A stretch of 64,000 nucleotides of DNA from Cyanobacteria bacterium P01_A01_bin.123 (GCA_039815185.1 JBCBZT010000005.1:64001-128000); one strand, 5' to 3'; shown: positions 48,615-58,980, counted from the stretch's first letter. Notes: generated by a model from the letters alone, not told the origin. Translations and numbers: made by a program.

Positions 48615-50078
48615 ATGAGTCTTAAGCAAAAAGCCATTAAGGGCATTATATGGTCTGGAATTCAAAACTGGGGAAGTCAAGCGGGTTCGCTCATCGTCTT
48701 TTTTGTCTTAGCTCGCCTACTTTTACCAGCAGATTTTGGATTGGTTGCTTTAGCTAATACCTTTTTAATTTTTTTCGATATTTTTGTCGATCAAGGATTT
48801 TCCTTAGCGCTTATCCAGCGACATGAGATAGAAGTAGAACACTTAGATACTGCCTTTTGGACTCAGATTTGCCTAGGGTTAAGTTTTACAATATTCGGCT
48901 TAGTCAGTGCTAATCTAATTGCTGAAATATTTCAGCAACCGCTTTTGACTCCCATTCTGCAGTGGTTTTCTACCCTGGCATTTCTGAGATCCCTCAGCAT
49001 CGTTCAGCAAGCTATATTAAGAAGAAAATTTGAATTTAAGAAAATTGCAATTCGAGCTTTGTTGGGTATTCTTGTCAGTGGTTCAGTTGGCATTACACTA
49101 GCACTACTGGACTTTGGAGTTTGGAGTTTGGTAGGCCAACAACTAACGTTTGAAGTGGTAGGGGTTATTGCATTTTGGAGCTTGAGTGACTGGAGACCTA
49201 GACTTCGGGTTTCAACTCGGCATTTGAAGGATCTCTCTGGTTTTGGCATCTCAATATTCTTCTCAAATATTCTAAAGTTCTTTAACCAAAATTCAGACAA
49301 TCTACTAATTGGCTATTTCCTGGGAGAAGTTGCACTAGGTTACTATGCGGTTGCCTATCGTATATTACAAGTCTTGACCCAGTTGCTGGTTCATACGGGC
49401 AATCAGGTTGCTATGCCAATGCTCTCTCGATTGCAAGGTGATTCTGAACGATTTATAAAGGGATTTTATAAACTCATAAAACTAGCTAGCGTAGTGACTT
49501 TGCCAATCTTTCTTGGTGTCATTGCCCTGGCAGCTGAATTAGTTATCACTGTCTTTGGAGAGAAATGGGAGGCATCTATTCCCGTTATTCAAATTCTGTC
49601 AATTGGAGGGATTATTCATCTTATTCTTTTCTTTAACCGCTCAGTTTTTGTTGCAATCGGTAAACCTTTTTGGCGACTGCGCTTGGAAATATTGAATGTC
49701 TCTCTAAATATTGCTGCTTGTATGCTGGCTGTGCGCTGGGGCATTGTAGCTGTGGCGTTTGCATACATCCTGAGCGATTTGCTTGTCGTGCCTGCTAGCT
49801 TACTAGTTTTGAGGCAGCTGACGGCCCTATCTTTAAGGGTTTATTTTAAGCAACTTTCCTCGCCCCTCGTATGTGCTGTCTTGATGATGGTGTTGACTTG
49901 GCTGGCAGAATATGGCCTAGCACAAATATTGGAACCCAAAATAGTTCTGCTGATCTGCACTCTTTTAGGAGCCATGCTATACACTTTTTGCCTTCGATTA
50001 CTGGCTCCCGCGCTTTTTCAAGAACTTTGGGAACTGGTCGTTATCGGTTTTTTAAAGCGACGAGAGAAACCTTCTTAA
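48615..50078 (+). CDS. Wzx-type oligosaccharide flippase (MOP/PST family)
   Basis: LARLL.PADFGL, G.S.ALIQ, GVWSLV.QQ, D.LLIG.FLG..ALG.Y..AY; 12-14 TM helices. Confidence 0.9.
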   Translation: MSLKQKAIKGIIWSGIQNWGSQAGSLIVFFVLARLLLPADFGLVALANTFLIFFDIFVDQGFSLALIQRHEIEVEHLDTAFWTQICLGLSFTIFGLVSANLIAEIFQQPLLTPILQWFSTLAFLRSLSIVQQAILRRKFEFKKIAIRALLGILVSGSVGITLALLDFGVWSLVGQQLTFEVVGVIAFWSLSDWRPRLRVSTRHLKDLSGFGISIFFSNILKFFNQNSDNLLIGYFLGEVALGYYAVAYRILQVLTQLLVHTGNQVAMPMLSRLQGDSERFIKGFYKLIKLASVVTLPIFLGVIALAAELVITVFGEKWEASIPVIQILSIGGIIHLILFFNRSVFVAIGKPFWRLRLEILNVSLNIAACMLAVRWGIVAVAFAYILSDLLVVPASLLVLRQLTALSLRVYFKQLSSPLVCAVLMMVLTWLAEYGLAQILEPKIVLLICTLLGAMLYTFCLRLLAPALFQELWELVVIGFLKRREKPS

Positions 50079-50102
50079 TTGATGATAAAAAACTTTTGAA
50101 TC

Positions 50103-51023
50103 ATGAATCCTCAAAATTTAGAATTCTCTATTGTTATTCCAACCTATAACCGTCCCGAGCGATTAGCTCAATGCTTACAAAGTCTGACTCAGTTGGATTA
50201 TCCGCGCGATCGCTTTGAAGTTATCATAGTGGATGATGGCAGTCACATAGCTCTAGACGCGATCGCAGTTCGGTTTGAAACCCATCTTTCGATAAGTCTA
50301 ATTCGCCAAAACAATGCAGGCCCGGCTAGTGCCCGCAACACTGGAGCCGCGGCGGCCCAGGGCCACTATTTGGTTTTTACCGATGACGACTGCCAACCTG
50401 ATTTTGGCTGGCTCAAGGAATTAGCAGCCGCAGTTGCTGAAGTTCCGGATGCTCTAATCGGGGGACATACGGTCAATGCTTTACCTGACAATCTTTGTTC
50501 CACTGCCAGCCAATTATTGATTGATTATATCTACGACTATTACAATTATGCTAAAGGAGAAGCGACCTTTTTTGCATCTAATAACTTTGCAATGCCTCGC
50601 TTGCTTTATCAACAGCTTGGCGGATTTGATACCACTTTTCCTCTAGCTGCTGGAGAAGATCGAGAATTTTGCGATCGCTGGCGATATAAAGGATTCTCAA
50701 TGCACTACGCTGCGGCTATGCAGGTTCACCATGCACACAACCTCAGTTTAGCTTCCTTTTGGCGGCAGCATTTTAACTATGGTCGCGGGGCATTTTACTT
50801 TCATAAGATTCGTAGCCAACGTCAATCTCAACCAATCAAAGTTGAACCGCTCACGTTCTATTCCAAATTACTAATTTATCCCTTCTCTCAATTGGAAGGA
50901 TGGCGATCCTGGAACCTATCTGGATTATTCTGTCTTTCCCAAGTTGCCAATGTAGCCGGGTTTTTCTGGGAGAGATATCAACAAAGATCAAGCCTATCTA
51001 AGCTGACGACCACTTCTTCCTGA
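50103..51023 (+). CDS. Glycosyltransferase family 2
   Basis: FSIVIPTYNR, VIIVDDGS, GPASARN.GA, FTDDDC, GGFD, GEDREF. Confidence 0.92.
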   Translation: MNPQNLEFSIVIPTYNRPERLAQCLQSLTQLDYPRDRFEVIIVDDGSHIALDAIAVRFETHLSISLIRQNNAGPASARNTGAAAAQGHYLVFTDDDCQPDFGWLKELAAAVAEVPDALIGGHTVNALPDNLCSTASQLLIDYIYDYYNYAKGEATFFASNNFAMPRLLYQQLGGFDTTFPLAAGEDREFCDRWRYKGFSMHYAAAMQVHHAHNLSLASFWRQHFNYGRGAFYFHKIRSQRQSQPIKVEPLTFYSKLLIYPFSQLEGWRSWNLSGLFCLSQVANVAGFFWERYQQRSSLSKLTTTSS

Positions 51024-51166
51024 GCGAGTAGCGGTGATCAGGGATGCATATTTGTTCGCTTACTTTTCAATATTTGCTCATGAGCGAACGATATATCCGG
51101 CTACGGGTAGTTCTTTGGGTATCTAAAGTCGATTGAATTTGCAGGTGACTATCTTTATTGAGATAA

Positions 51167-51805
51167 CTAATCAAAAAGATCGGTCTCTTGGGGCGCTGCA
51201 ATCAAGACTAGACCTGTAATGCCGCCTACGATTAGACCGACAAGGCTACCGGCCATCATGTCAGCCAAAGCAGGGGAGAAGTCTAGTAATGCAATTGGAA
51301 GTATTTGCCATAAGATGGCCCACCCCAAGAACTCACCTAATGCAATGCTTAGCCAAGCTGCTTTGAACCAACTGTAGGCATTTATATGTGTATTCCGGAG
51401 GACAGAGGATTGGCACAGGGCGACCCAAAAGCCATTGACAATACCGTACCAACTGTCTAAAAATAGCTGGACTCCCGAATCGACAGCCTCGATATTGTCG
51501 TAGGCCCATGCATTCAAGTAAGAGCCTAGGCCATTGCCTACTGCAAACCCGAGGAATGTTAACGGTATCCAGAGGGCAGATAAGCGGATGCGGTTATGTA
51601 AGAAAACCCATGATGAGATGCCCACAATCAGACCGTAGATGAGGCCATAAACGATGCCCCATTCAAAGTTATTGCCAACATTAAAAAACGATGCGATGTA
51701 GGCGGTGTCGTCTTCGAAGCCGATAAATGCCCCAAGATATGCGCTGATAAGCCAGCCAAGGGCTGTAATCAGCGTCCAGCTTAACCATAGTTTCATTGCA
51801 CTCAA
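51167..51805 (-). CDS. Gly/Trp-rich membrane hypothetical protein
   Basis: About 6 TM helices with G..YG..G..Q/W repeats. Confidence 0.65.
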   Translation of the reverse strand: MSAMKLWLSWTLITALGWLISAYLGAFIGFEDDTAYIASFFNVGNNFEWGIVYGLIYGLIVGISSWVFLHNRIRLSALWIPLTFLGFAVGNGLGSYLNAWAYDNIEAVDSGVQLFLDSWYGIVNGFWVALCQSSVLRNTHINAYSWFKAAWLSIALGEFLGWAILWQILPIALLDFSPALADMMAGSLVGLIVGGITGLVLIAAPQETDLFD

Positions 51806-52043
51806 GTCACTTATGTTATGGCCATCTTTAACGGTTCGCTCGAAAACCTGGCTGAAGAAATCAGATCTATCCTAAAAGTGTAAGTGATCGCACTGAACTT
51901 TTAATTTGCTAATTTCCAATCTTATCTTTTCAAAAAAGAATTTTACTTATCATTTCTCAAAATTTGACTGCAAGTTCTTTGGAAAGCCTGAGGGAAACCC
52001 GATTTCCTTGCAAAATCCGATAGCTTAATGAAAGCATCTCTGC

Positions 52044-52838
52044 TTGCCGTCTACGGAATTGAATTTGTCTATGCTGAATCCTGCCTCTACGGTCTCATCA
52101 CCTCTATTGCGTTTGGGCACCCATGCTCTGGCGGTGGAAGAATTGTGTTTTGCCTATCCTGATGGTCTCCAGGTTTTACAGGCGGTAGAGTTTGAGATTC
52201 AATGGGGAGAGCGAGTTGGGTTGATTGGCCCCAACGGAGCGGGCAAAACGACGCTATTTATGCTGCTGTGTGGCCTGTTGACTCCCAATCAGGGGGAGAT
52301 CCGCCTGTTTGAACGGGCTGTCGTCCCTGGGGAGTTTCGCTCTGAAATTGGCTTGGTATTTCAAAATCCTGCGGATCAGTTGTTCTCCCTTTCAGTTCGC
52401 GATGACGTTGCCTTTGGCCCAATCAACATGGGGCTCTCTGCTGATGAGATAGAGCGACGGGTACAGGCGGCACTGTATCTGACGGGGATGGTTGAGTTTG
52501 CCGATCGGCCACCCCACCATCTGTCAGGGGGACAAAAGCGAATGGTGGCGATCGCGAGCGTGTTAGCCATGCATCCCCAGTTGATTATTTATGACGAACC
52601 CAGCGCCAATCTGGATATCCGGGCGCGACGACGGTTGATTCAGTTTTTGCAGCATGCGGAGCAAACCACTTTGGTTTGTTCCCACGATTTAGACCTGATT
52701 TTGGATGTCTGCGATCGCGTGTTGTTGATCGACCAGGGGCAGATTATTGCCGATGGGCCAACGCGGGAGATTATGGGCAACGGTTCGCTGATGGAGGCCC
52801 ATGGGTTGGAGTGTCCCTATGCGTTGTCCAATCATTAA
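52044..52838 (+). CDS. cbiO: ECF transporter ATP-binding component CbiO
   Basis: GPNGAGKTT, VFQNPADQLF..SV.DDVAFGP.NMG, LSGGQKR.VAIA, DEPSANLD, SHDLD. Start may be ATG 52071. Confidence 0.9.
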   Translation: MPSTELNLSMLNPASTVSSPLLRLGTHALAVEELCFAYPDGLQVLQAVEFEIQWGERVGLIGPNGAGKTTLFMLLCGLLTPNQGEIRLFERAVVPGEFRSEIGLVFQNPADQLFSLSVRDDVAFGPINMGLSADEIERRVQAALYLTGMVEFADRPPHHLSGGQKRMVAIASVLAMHPQLIIYDEPSANLDIRARRRLIQFLQHAEQTTLVCSHDLDLILDVCDRVLLIDQGQIIADGPTREIMGNGSLMEAHGLECPYALSNH

Positions 52839-53184
52839 ACGATGATGGCGTGGCAAGCAGTCAGTCTGCCTCTGCCCAAGGATCCCCTAACTTCGCGCTA
52901 ATAAGGGAAACTCATCCTGCAAAATCACCCGATTTCAGTCATTAATCGGGCAATGCTTTGTAGCTTTCTATACTATTGAAGCAACAGGTTCGAAGAGCCC
53001 GCCGCAAAGCCACCTACAACCGAAACATGGCAGTCATTAGCCTCTGCTGGAATTTCCTTCAATGAGGATGTCAACACAGATCAAAAATCACTGAGGACTG
53101 TGTTTCTGTTGTAGTTATAGGGAACCATAGCCTAAGTGTTACCTGATATCAATTGTGCGAGTGTAACTTAAAGGCAATAATTTC

Positions 53185-54342
53185 ATGGTGCATCAAGCAG
53201 GCTTTGAGGCAACCCAATTCGCAACAGAGCTACAGGTTGACCCGTCGTCTTACTTCAAGAGAGAATTTCAGCTTTACTATCAGCCGATAATATCACTTGA
53301 AAATCAAAGATTACATAGCTTTGAAGCCCTCATCTGGTGGCAACCAAGTAGGGCGCAGTTTTATTCATCGAACTTGCTTGATTTGCTTAAGGACTCTACA
53401 TTAGATGTGCCTTTACATCAATGGATACTTTATGAAGCTTGCCAGCAACTTAAATTTTGGCAGATTTACTATTTAGCTAATATTCCTTTGTCCTTGAGCG
53501 TTAATTTGTCTGTTAGACAATTAAACCAAAAGCAAATTGTTGAGTTTGTAGAATATTTAATCGCTTCAGTTAAGCTGATGCCTACTCATCTACAGTTAGA
53601 GATTCCTGCAGAATGGGCATTGCAAAATTGGTCAGCCGCAAAAGCTATTTTCAATCGGTTTAAGCGGATAGGAATTTCAATTTGCGTTGATGACTTCGAT
53701 CCATCATATATGTCTTACGAAGATTTGAAAGGCTTACCCATTAAGGTTCTTAAAATCAAGCAAGATTATATCAGACAGCTGCCAAATAATTATGATTTCC
53801 AGAACGCTTTTCAAGAAATCATTTTGGTAGCGAAAAGCGCTCGTATTCAAGTTGCGGCCAGAGGAATTGAGAAAGCTTCTGAATTAGATGCCATAAAATC
53901 CCTAGGTTGCACAGCTGCTCAAGGCGTCTTCCTCTCAGAGCTACTATCTGCACGTCAAGCAGCTGAATTGATTTCCTGGCAGGTTAAAAAACAGCCCAAA
54001 GATTTGATGGCTTATGTCATAGTGATGAACATTCTGAGTCAATTTGCTCAGTGTTTTCTAGGCAAAACTGTCGTGATCCGACTCTGGAAAGAAACCATGC
54101 CGAAAAAGCCATGGCTGGCTTTAATTAAACCCTACGAAGATCGTCGGCTGATCCTGAAGTCGGTACGGCTTAACAAACTAGATATGACGCGCCAGCAAGA
54201 ACTACGGCAGTGGATGTATCAATTTATCCAGCGCTGTAGTCGTATCGTTAAGAACTTTTCCCAACTTTTAATTCAGGCTGAACGCACTCCAGCGGAAACA
54301 AGACTCCTTAGCGTTTTATGCCCAACTCTATTTTCAGAGTAG
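53185..54342 (+). CDS. Degenerate EAL-domain protein with C-terminal extension
   Basis: LYYQPII, FEAL, SVNLS, LEI, VDDF, LKI and QG are present, but EGVE is replaced by RGIE. Confidence 0.82.
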   Translation: MVHQAGFEATQFATELQVDPSSYFKREFQLYYQPIISLENQRLHSFEALIWWQPSRAQFYSSNLLDLLKDSTLDVPLHQWILYEACQQLKFWQIYYLANIPLSLSVNLSVRQLNQKQIVEFVEYLIASVKLMPTHLQLEIPAEWALQNWSAAKAIFNRFKRIGISICVDDFDPSYMSYEDLKGLPIKVLKIKQDYIRQLPNNYDFQNAFQEIILVAKSARIQVAARGIEKASELDAIKSLGCTAAQGVFLSELLSARQAAELISWQVKKQPKDLMAYVIVMNILSQFAQCFLGKTVVIRLWKETMPKKPWLALIKPYEDRRLILKSVRLNKLDMTRQQELRQWMYQFIQRCSRIVKNFSQLLIQAERTPAETRLLSVLCPTLFSE

Positions 54343-54376
54343 TTTGTCAAGCTGACCTTGGTGCTGAGAATCCTCT

Positions 54377-54505
54377 TCGGTGCATGTGTTGGCTGGGGGT
54401 GAATATCAGCTAAGGCAATTTCAGGCATGCGATCGCGTTATTTCAGCCACGTTTCTGGAATTGTCGGTGACGGCTGAGGCGATATTTGGGGCGGCTGGTT
54501 TTTAG
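54377..54505 (+). pseudogene. Uma2-family endonuclease 3'-end remnant 1
   Basis: Frame reads SVHVLAGGEYQLRQFQACDRVISATFLELSVTAEAIFGAAGF*, matching the typical C-terminus of cyanobacterial Uma2 proteins. Confidence 0.65.
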
Positions 54506-54550
54506 AGTGCTTAGTGGCGCAACAGTTGCGCTATTACAGGGGCAAGACAG

Positions 54551-54736
54551 TCAGTTTTCTTCAGATTGGGGATTATCGCGTCCGATGAGATAGTCAAGCA
54601 CCCGGTCGATCTTATCTAGTGCAGCCTGGATGCTATCTAAAGTAGTCTGGATAGTGCGGCGAAACGCTTCAAACTCGGCCCGATCACTGACGGCTTGTAG
54701 GGCGAGTTGGGCCATTGTGCGATCCAGACTGGCCAT
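54551..54736 (-). CDS. Small coiled-coil protein, possibly 5'-truncated or frameshifted
   Basis: LDRTMAQL...DRAEF...IDRVLDYL; an out-of-frame ATG (MANPPSPTD) lies at 54762. Confidence 0.45.
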   Translation of the reverse strand: MASLDRTMAQLALQAVSDRAEFEAFRRTIQTTLDSIQAALDKIDRVLDYLIGRDNPQSEEN

Positions 54737-54928
54737 CTGTTGGCGATGGGGGGATTGGCCATGGGGTGATCTGATTTGGATGCTTAACGCATTCTACCCG
54801 CCTTATTTTGGCCCGACTTATTCTGGGAGGAGATTGCGGACTTTGCTAGCGTGGCCATATAGAAATGGTTTGCTGAAGTGGGCGTTGGGCAAGAGAAATT
54901 ATTTAAGTAACTACCAAGGGAAAAGAGA

Positions 54929-55366
54929 ATGTTGCAATCGTGGATTAACGAGTTCGAGGGAAGTGAGTGGGAAGGTAGAGCTGAGTTGTGGCTTGATCCT
55001 GAAGGTAATGAAGTTGATATTAGTCAATGTACTTTAGCTATCAATTCAGGTGTTCTTGCTTACACGTGGGTTTACAAAGGCGAAACAAAAACGGGTTCTT
55101 TCACATTTCATGATGGTGGTGCAACGTGGACAGATAGCTGGCATCAGCCAGAACCTAGGCATTGTGAATATCTTAGTGGTGCTTGGGGGCTCTTCACCGT
55201 TGAATATTCATATTCAGTTCCATCAAGCCCTGACTGGGGTTGGAGAAGTAAGCTATCACAGAGGCCAGATGACAGTTTGGTTCTCCAAATGACCAATATT
55301 GCCCCATGGGGTGAAGAGGGTCGGGCTGTAAGAATGATATTTCAAAGCGCGGACGCGAAATCTTGA
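54929..55366 (+). CDS. Hypothetical beta-rich protein (DUF1579-like)
   Basis: W.G...LW..P, YTW.Y.G, WTDSWH, P.WGWR, L.M.NI.P.GEE..AV. Confidence 0.6.
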   Translation: MLQSWINEFEGSEWEGRAELWLDPEGNEVDISQCTLAINSGVLAYTWVYKGETKTGSFTFHDGGATWTDSWHQPEPRHCEYLSGAWGLFTVEYSYSVPSSPDWGWRSKLSQRPDDSLVLQMTNIAPWGEEGRAVRMIFQSADAKS

Positions 55367-55393
55367 TGGGTTGGCGTTAAGGATATTGGAAGT

Positions 55394-55463
55394 GCGATCG
55401 CGTTGTTTCGGCTACGTTTCTGGAGTTGGCGGTGATGGCTGAGACAGTCTTTGGGGCTGCTAG
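55394..55463 (+). pseudogene. Uma2-family 3'-end remnant 2 (direct repeat of remnant 1, beginning at a HIP1 site)
   Basis: DRVVSATFLELAVMAETVFGAA; nucleotide-similar to 54429-54498. Confidence 0.6.
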
Positions 55464-55690
55464 TGGGCCAAGATCCCTGGGTTTTCAGAAAACCCAGGGA
55501 TCTGAGACTTTTAAGTCTCTCATCGCTTTGACGTTCACAGCTATTCAAGTGACATAGCGGCGAAATGTTTTCTAGGTATTGGTGGTGTAGCTAATCAGCA
55601 CTTAAATTTGAACTGGCTCTGTTTTCGCGTAGCTGGCATCCGTACGGATCTCAAAAAATTGCGGTTGACGAATGTCTATGTATTGATGTT

Positions 55691-55786
55691 CAACCGATCG
55701 TCTCTTCCATATTTCCAGAACTGACCTTAACCGTGAGTCAAATCCTGGCTGCTGGAAAATTACCTGGCGAACAAGAAAATCCCTAA
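55691..55786 (+). pseudogene. Uma2-family 3'-end remnant 3
   Basis: QPIVSSIFPELTLTVSQILAAGKLPGEQENP*. Confidence 0.65.
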
Positions 55787-56537
55787 ACCATCCATCTAAA
55801 ACTACTCGCCACCCTACTGATTCTGGATTGGAATTTATTCTGAATATGATCAGTTGCTGAAAAAGTCATGATACTGCCACATAATATTGTGCAGGAGTGG
55901 ACGGATTGGAAAAAACCCAGGCATTACTCAAAAATGTTGACCGCGATATACGGAAAAATTTTGCCTATTTATCCAAATCAGCGGAACGTCCAGGGTTATT
56001 CAGTCTAATAATAGTTTAATAGTTGTACTGCTCAGGCGATCGCTGTCCTGTTCGTCGTGCATGGTTAGCTTGCCAAAATCTGAGGGAACCCTAAGGGACA
56101 AACTGATCCAATTGAACCCCAGATTCCAACTAAACCTATGAGCGTTCAAACTCGCATCACCTCACCTCAAACATTGCCTGAAACCCCTTGGCTATGCCAT
56201 TGTTGAGTCACTGTATTTAGGTTAGAGCTTGTTGGTAGCAGACGCTACAAGACAATGACGCTACAAGACAATTTGGTCGGGGCATCTCAGTCAACAAAAC
56301 TTTCTCCAGTAGAACTAGTAGGATTTGGTTTTAGTAGCCCCACAGAACTCTATAGGGGCAGCTTAGATAGAAAAATCACAATAGATCAAAGCAGCAAATT
56401 GATTATGAAGCTACCTGTTTCAGGATAAGTACGGCTAAAACGGTTTTTGGAAATACTAATTGATCTGGTTGCAATGCTTCACTCGTAGTCTTTCTGAATC
56501 CTTGAAACTAATCCTTGAAACTATAGTCCATTGATTT

Positions 56538-58784
56538 ATGCAGAATTTATTGCCACGGGCCATCAACCTTTATCAGACCTCCCTTACAGCAAAAACCTTG
56601 CTGAATATGTCGCTGAGGGTTGCATTGGTGGTGTTGGTGTCAGCTATTGTGAGCTATTTCCACGTTGTGCATAACCTAGAAGCTCAAACGATTCAGGAAT
56701 TAGAAAGTTACATAACAGAGCGTGGACAACGAGAAAGTTCAATATTCCAACTAGCAGAAGATAATTTAACTGCCTTGCGGGATCGCTTTTTACAGGAAAT
56801 AGGCCAACCCTCTAAGCAGAATGTCTTAGCGGAGTTTAATCAGCAATTTTTTGCTTGGGATGATGGTACAACTCGTAATTTTCACAATGACCGACCGCTG
56901 TCAGAATTCGATACCATTCGACAAGCCACCTCATTTGTCAATAAATGGACGGAGATTACTCCAGCGCTCAAACGACAACTATTAATTGCTCAACGTTTGA
57001 TTACTAGCCATGGCATAGCATGGAGTAATCGGTTTATGAATACCTATTTGAATACAGTCGAAAACACGACAACAATATACTGGAGCAGCACTCCGCTGGG
57101 ATTACAGGCGAAATCTGATTTTGAACCATCTCAAGATGAGTACCTTTATGCGGCAGACCCCCAGCATAATCCAAACCGACAGCCTGTTTGGACAGGGGTT
57201 TATTCTGATACTGTGACTGGGGTTTGGATGGTGTCAGCTGTAGTTCCTCTTTATGAGGGAGATCGCTTTGTCGGTGGCTTTGGCCACGACATTCAGCTTG
57301 ATAACTTGATAGAGCAAACCATTAATAATAATTTACCAGGAGCTTATAATCTTATCTTTAGTCGAGGCGGTCGATTAATTGCTCATCCTCAATACATTGA
57401 GGAAATTCAACAGGCCCAGGGTAATTTAAATATAAATAACTTAAACGACGACCATCTTCAAGAAATTTTCCAACTGAGCCTGGCTATGCCAACAGGTGTG
57501 ATTGAAAATAAAAGAGATCAGGAGTTCTTGGCAGTCACACAACTGGCTGGCCCAGATTGGCTCTTCGTAACAGTCTATCCGAAAGCACTCCTTTCAGAAG
57601 CAGCTTTGGACACCATTAAATTTGTTCTGGCTGCTAGTTTTATAGCTCTCTTGGTTGAAGTTATCTTGCTGTTTTCCGTCTTGCAAAATCAGATTACTGA
57701 TCCACTCCACTATCTCATGACGGCAAGTCAGAAATTGGCGGATGGTGAATTTGAAGTAGATCTCAAAATTAATCGCAAAGATGAATTGGGCCAGCTTGCG
57801 TTGTCGTTTTCACAAATGACTCATCAACTTCAAAATGCTTTTCGTGCTTTACAGCAAAAGGTCGTAGAAAAAGAGCGGGCAGAAGAACTAATAATTGAAA
57901 GAAATAATGCCCTTGAACAGGCTTTGATTGAACTCCAGAGAATGCAGCTGCAAACCGTGCAATACGAGAAGATGGCGACTTTAGGTGACTTGGTCGCTGG
58001 GGTGGCGCATGAAATCAACAACCCTATTGGTTTCCTCAATGGTAGCATCCAAAATTTGGAAGATTATGTCAAAGACTTATTTGAGCATTTAGAAACTTAT
58101 CGAGAGCAGCATCCTCCCAATGATCTAGTTCAAGAAAACGCTGAAGACATTGATTTGGAATTTGTGCTAAAAGATTTACCCAAACTGCTGGAGTCTATGT
58201 GGGAGGCGACAGATCGCATTAAGGGCATCAGCATTAGCCTACGTACCTTCTCGCGCGCTGATACTGAATACAAAGTCAGCGCGAATCTCCATGAAAGTCT
58301 CGATAGCACGTTGCTGATCCTGAAATATCGACTCAAGGCCAATGATCAGCGCCCGAAGATTGAAGTGGTTCAAAACTATGGTGAGCTACCGGAGATTGAC
58401 TGTTTCCCCGGCCAGCTCAATCAGGTGTTTATGAATATCCTCGCTAACGCGATCGATATGTTCGATGAAATAGCCCAGGAAACTACTTTTGAAGATTTGA
58501 AAGAGGATTCTCAAAAAATCACAGTTCAAACTGCTATATCGGCCAACCAAAGTGCTATCGAGATTCGAATTGCTGACAACGGCAAAGGTATGTCAGAAGA
58601 GGTTAAATCCAGGATTTTTGATCACTCTTTTACAACTAAAAGTGTTGGTAAAGGGACTGGATTAGGGCTGGCGATCGCTCGACAAATTGTAGTGGAAAAA
58701 CACGGCGGTAGCCTAGAGGTGCAGTCTGAGTTGGGGCAAGGTACTGAGTTCTCTATCCGCCTACCAATTCATGTCTATTCGTAA
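56538..58784 (+). CDS. Sensor histidine kinase (Cache-HAMP-HisKA-HATPase)
   Basis: Two TM helices, PVWTGVY.D, DELGQLA.SF..M, VAHEINNPIGF, NQVFMNILANAID, DNGKG, GKGTGLGL. Confidence 0.95.
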   Translation: MQNLLPRAINLYQTSLTAKTLLNMSLRVALVVLVSAIVSYFHVVHNLEAQTIQELESYITERGQRESSIFQLAEDNLTALRDRFLQEIGQPSKQNVLAEFNQQFFAWDDGTTRNFHNDRPLSEFDTIRQATSFVNKWTEITPALKRQLLIAQRLITSHGIAWSNRFMNTYLNTVENTTTIYWSSTPLGLQAKSDFEPSQDEYLYAADPQHNPNRQPVWTGVYSDTVTGVWMVSAVVPLYEGDRFVGGFGHDIQLDNLIEQTINNNLPGAYNLIFSRGGRLIAHPQYIEEIQQAQGNLNINNLNDDHLQEIFQLSLAMPTGVIENKRDQEFLAVTQLAGPDWLFVTVYPKALLSEAALDTIKFVLAASFIALLVEVILLFSVLQNQITDPLHYLMTASQKLADGEFEVDLKINRKDELGQLALSFSQMTHQLQNAFRALQQKVVEKERAEELIIERNNALEQALIELQRMQLQTVQYEKMATLGDLVAGVAHEINNPIGFLNGSIQNLEDYVKDLFEHLETYREQHPPNDLVQENAEDIDLEFVLKDLPKLLESMWEATDRIKGISISLRTFSRADTEYKVSANLHESLDSTLLILKYRLKANDQRPKIEVVQNYGELPEIDCFPGQLNQVFMNILANAIDMFDEIAQETTFEDLKEDSQKITVQTAISANQSAIEIRIADNGKGMSEEVKSRIFDHSFTTKSVGKGTGLGLAIARQIVVEKHGGSLEVQSELGQGTEFSIRLPIHVYS

Positions 58785-58881
58785 ATTTTGCATCAGAGTG
58801 GTGGCGCAGTAAAACAAATCGTTAGAGCTGCTGTATTGAAGCGGTTGATCGGGGAAAAGGCGGCGACAGCGAATCAACTCC

Positions 58882-58980
58882 ACTGACCTTAACCTTTACC
58901 AAATCCTGGCTGCTGGAGAGTTATCCATAGACTGACCTTAACCTTTAGCCAAATCCTGGCTGCTGGAGAGTTGTCCATAG
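58882..58980 (+). repeat. Tandem 49/50-bp duplication derived from a Uma2 3' end (remnants 4 and 5)
   Basis: ACTGACCTTAACCTTTA(G)CCAAATCCTGGCTGCTGGAGAGTT(A/G)TCCATAG x2; shares CTGACCTTAACC and CAAATCCTGGCTGCTGGA with 55721-55756. Confidence 0.85.

Noticed and set aside
56138..56206. Mini-ORF MSVQTRITSPQTLPETPW as a possible Uma2 5' remnant
   Set aside because: Resemblance too weak to call without a search.
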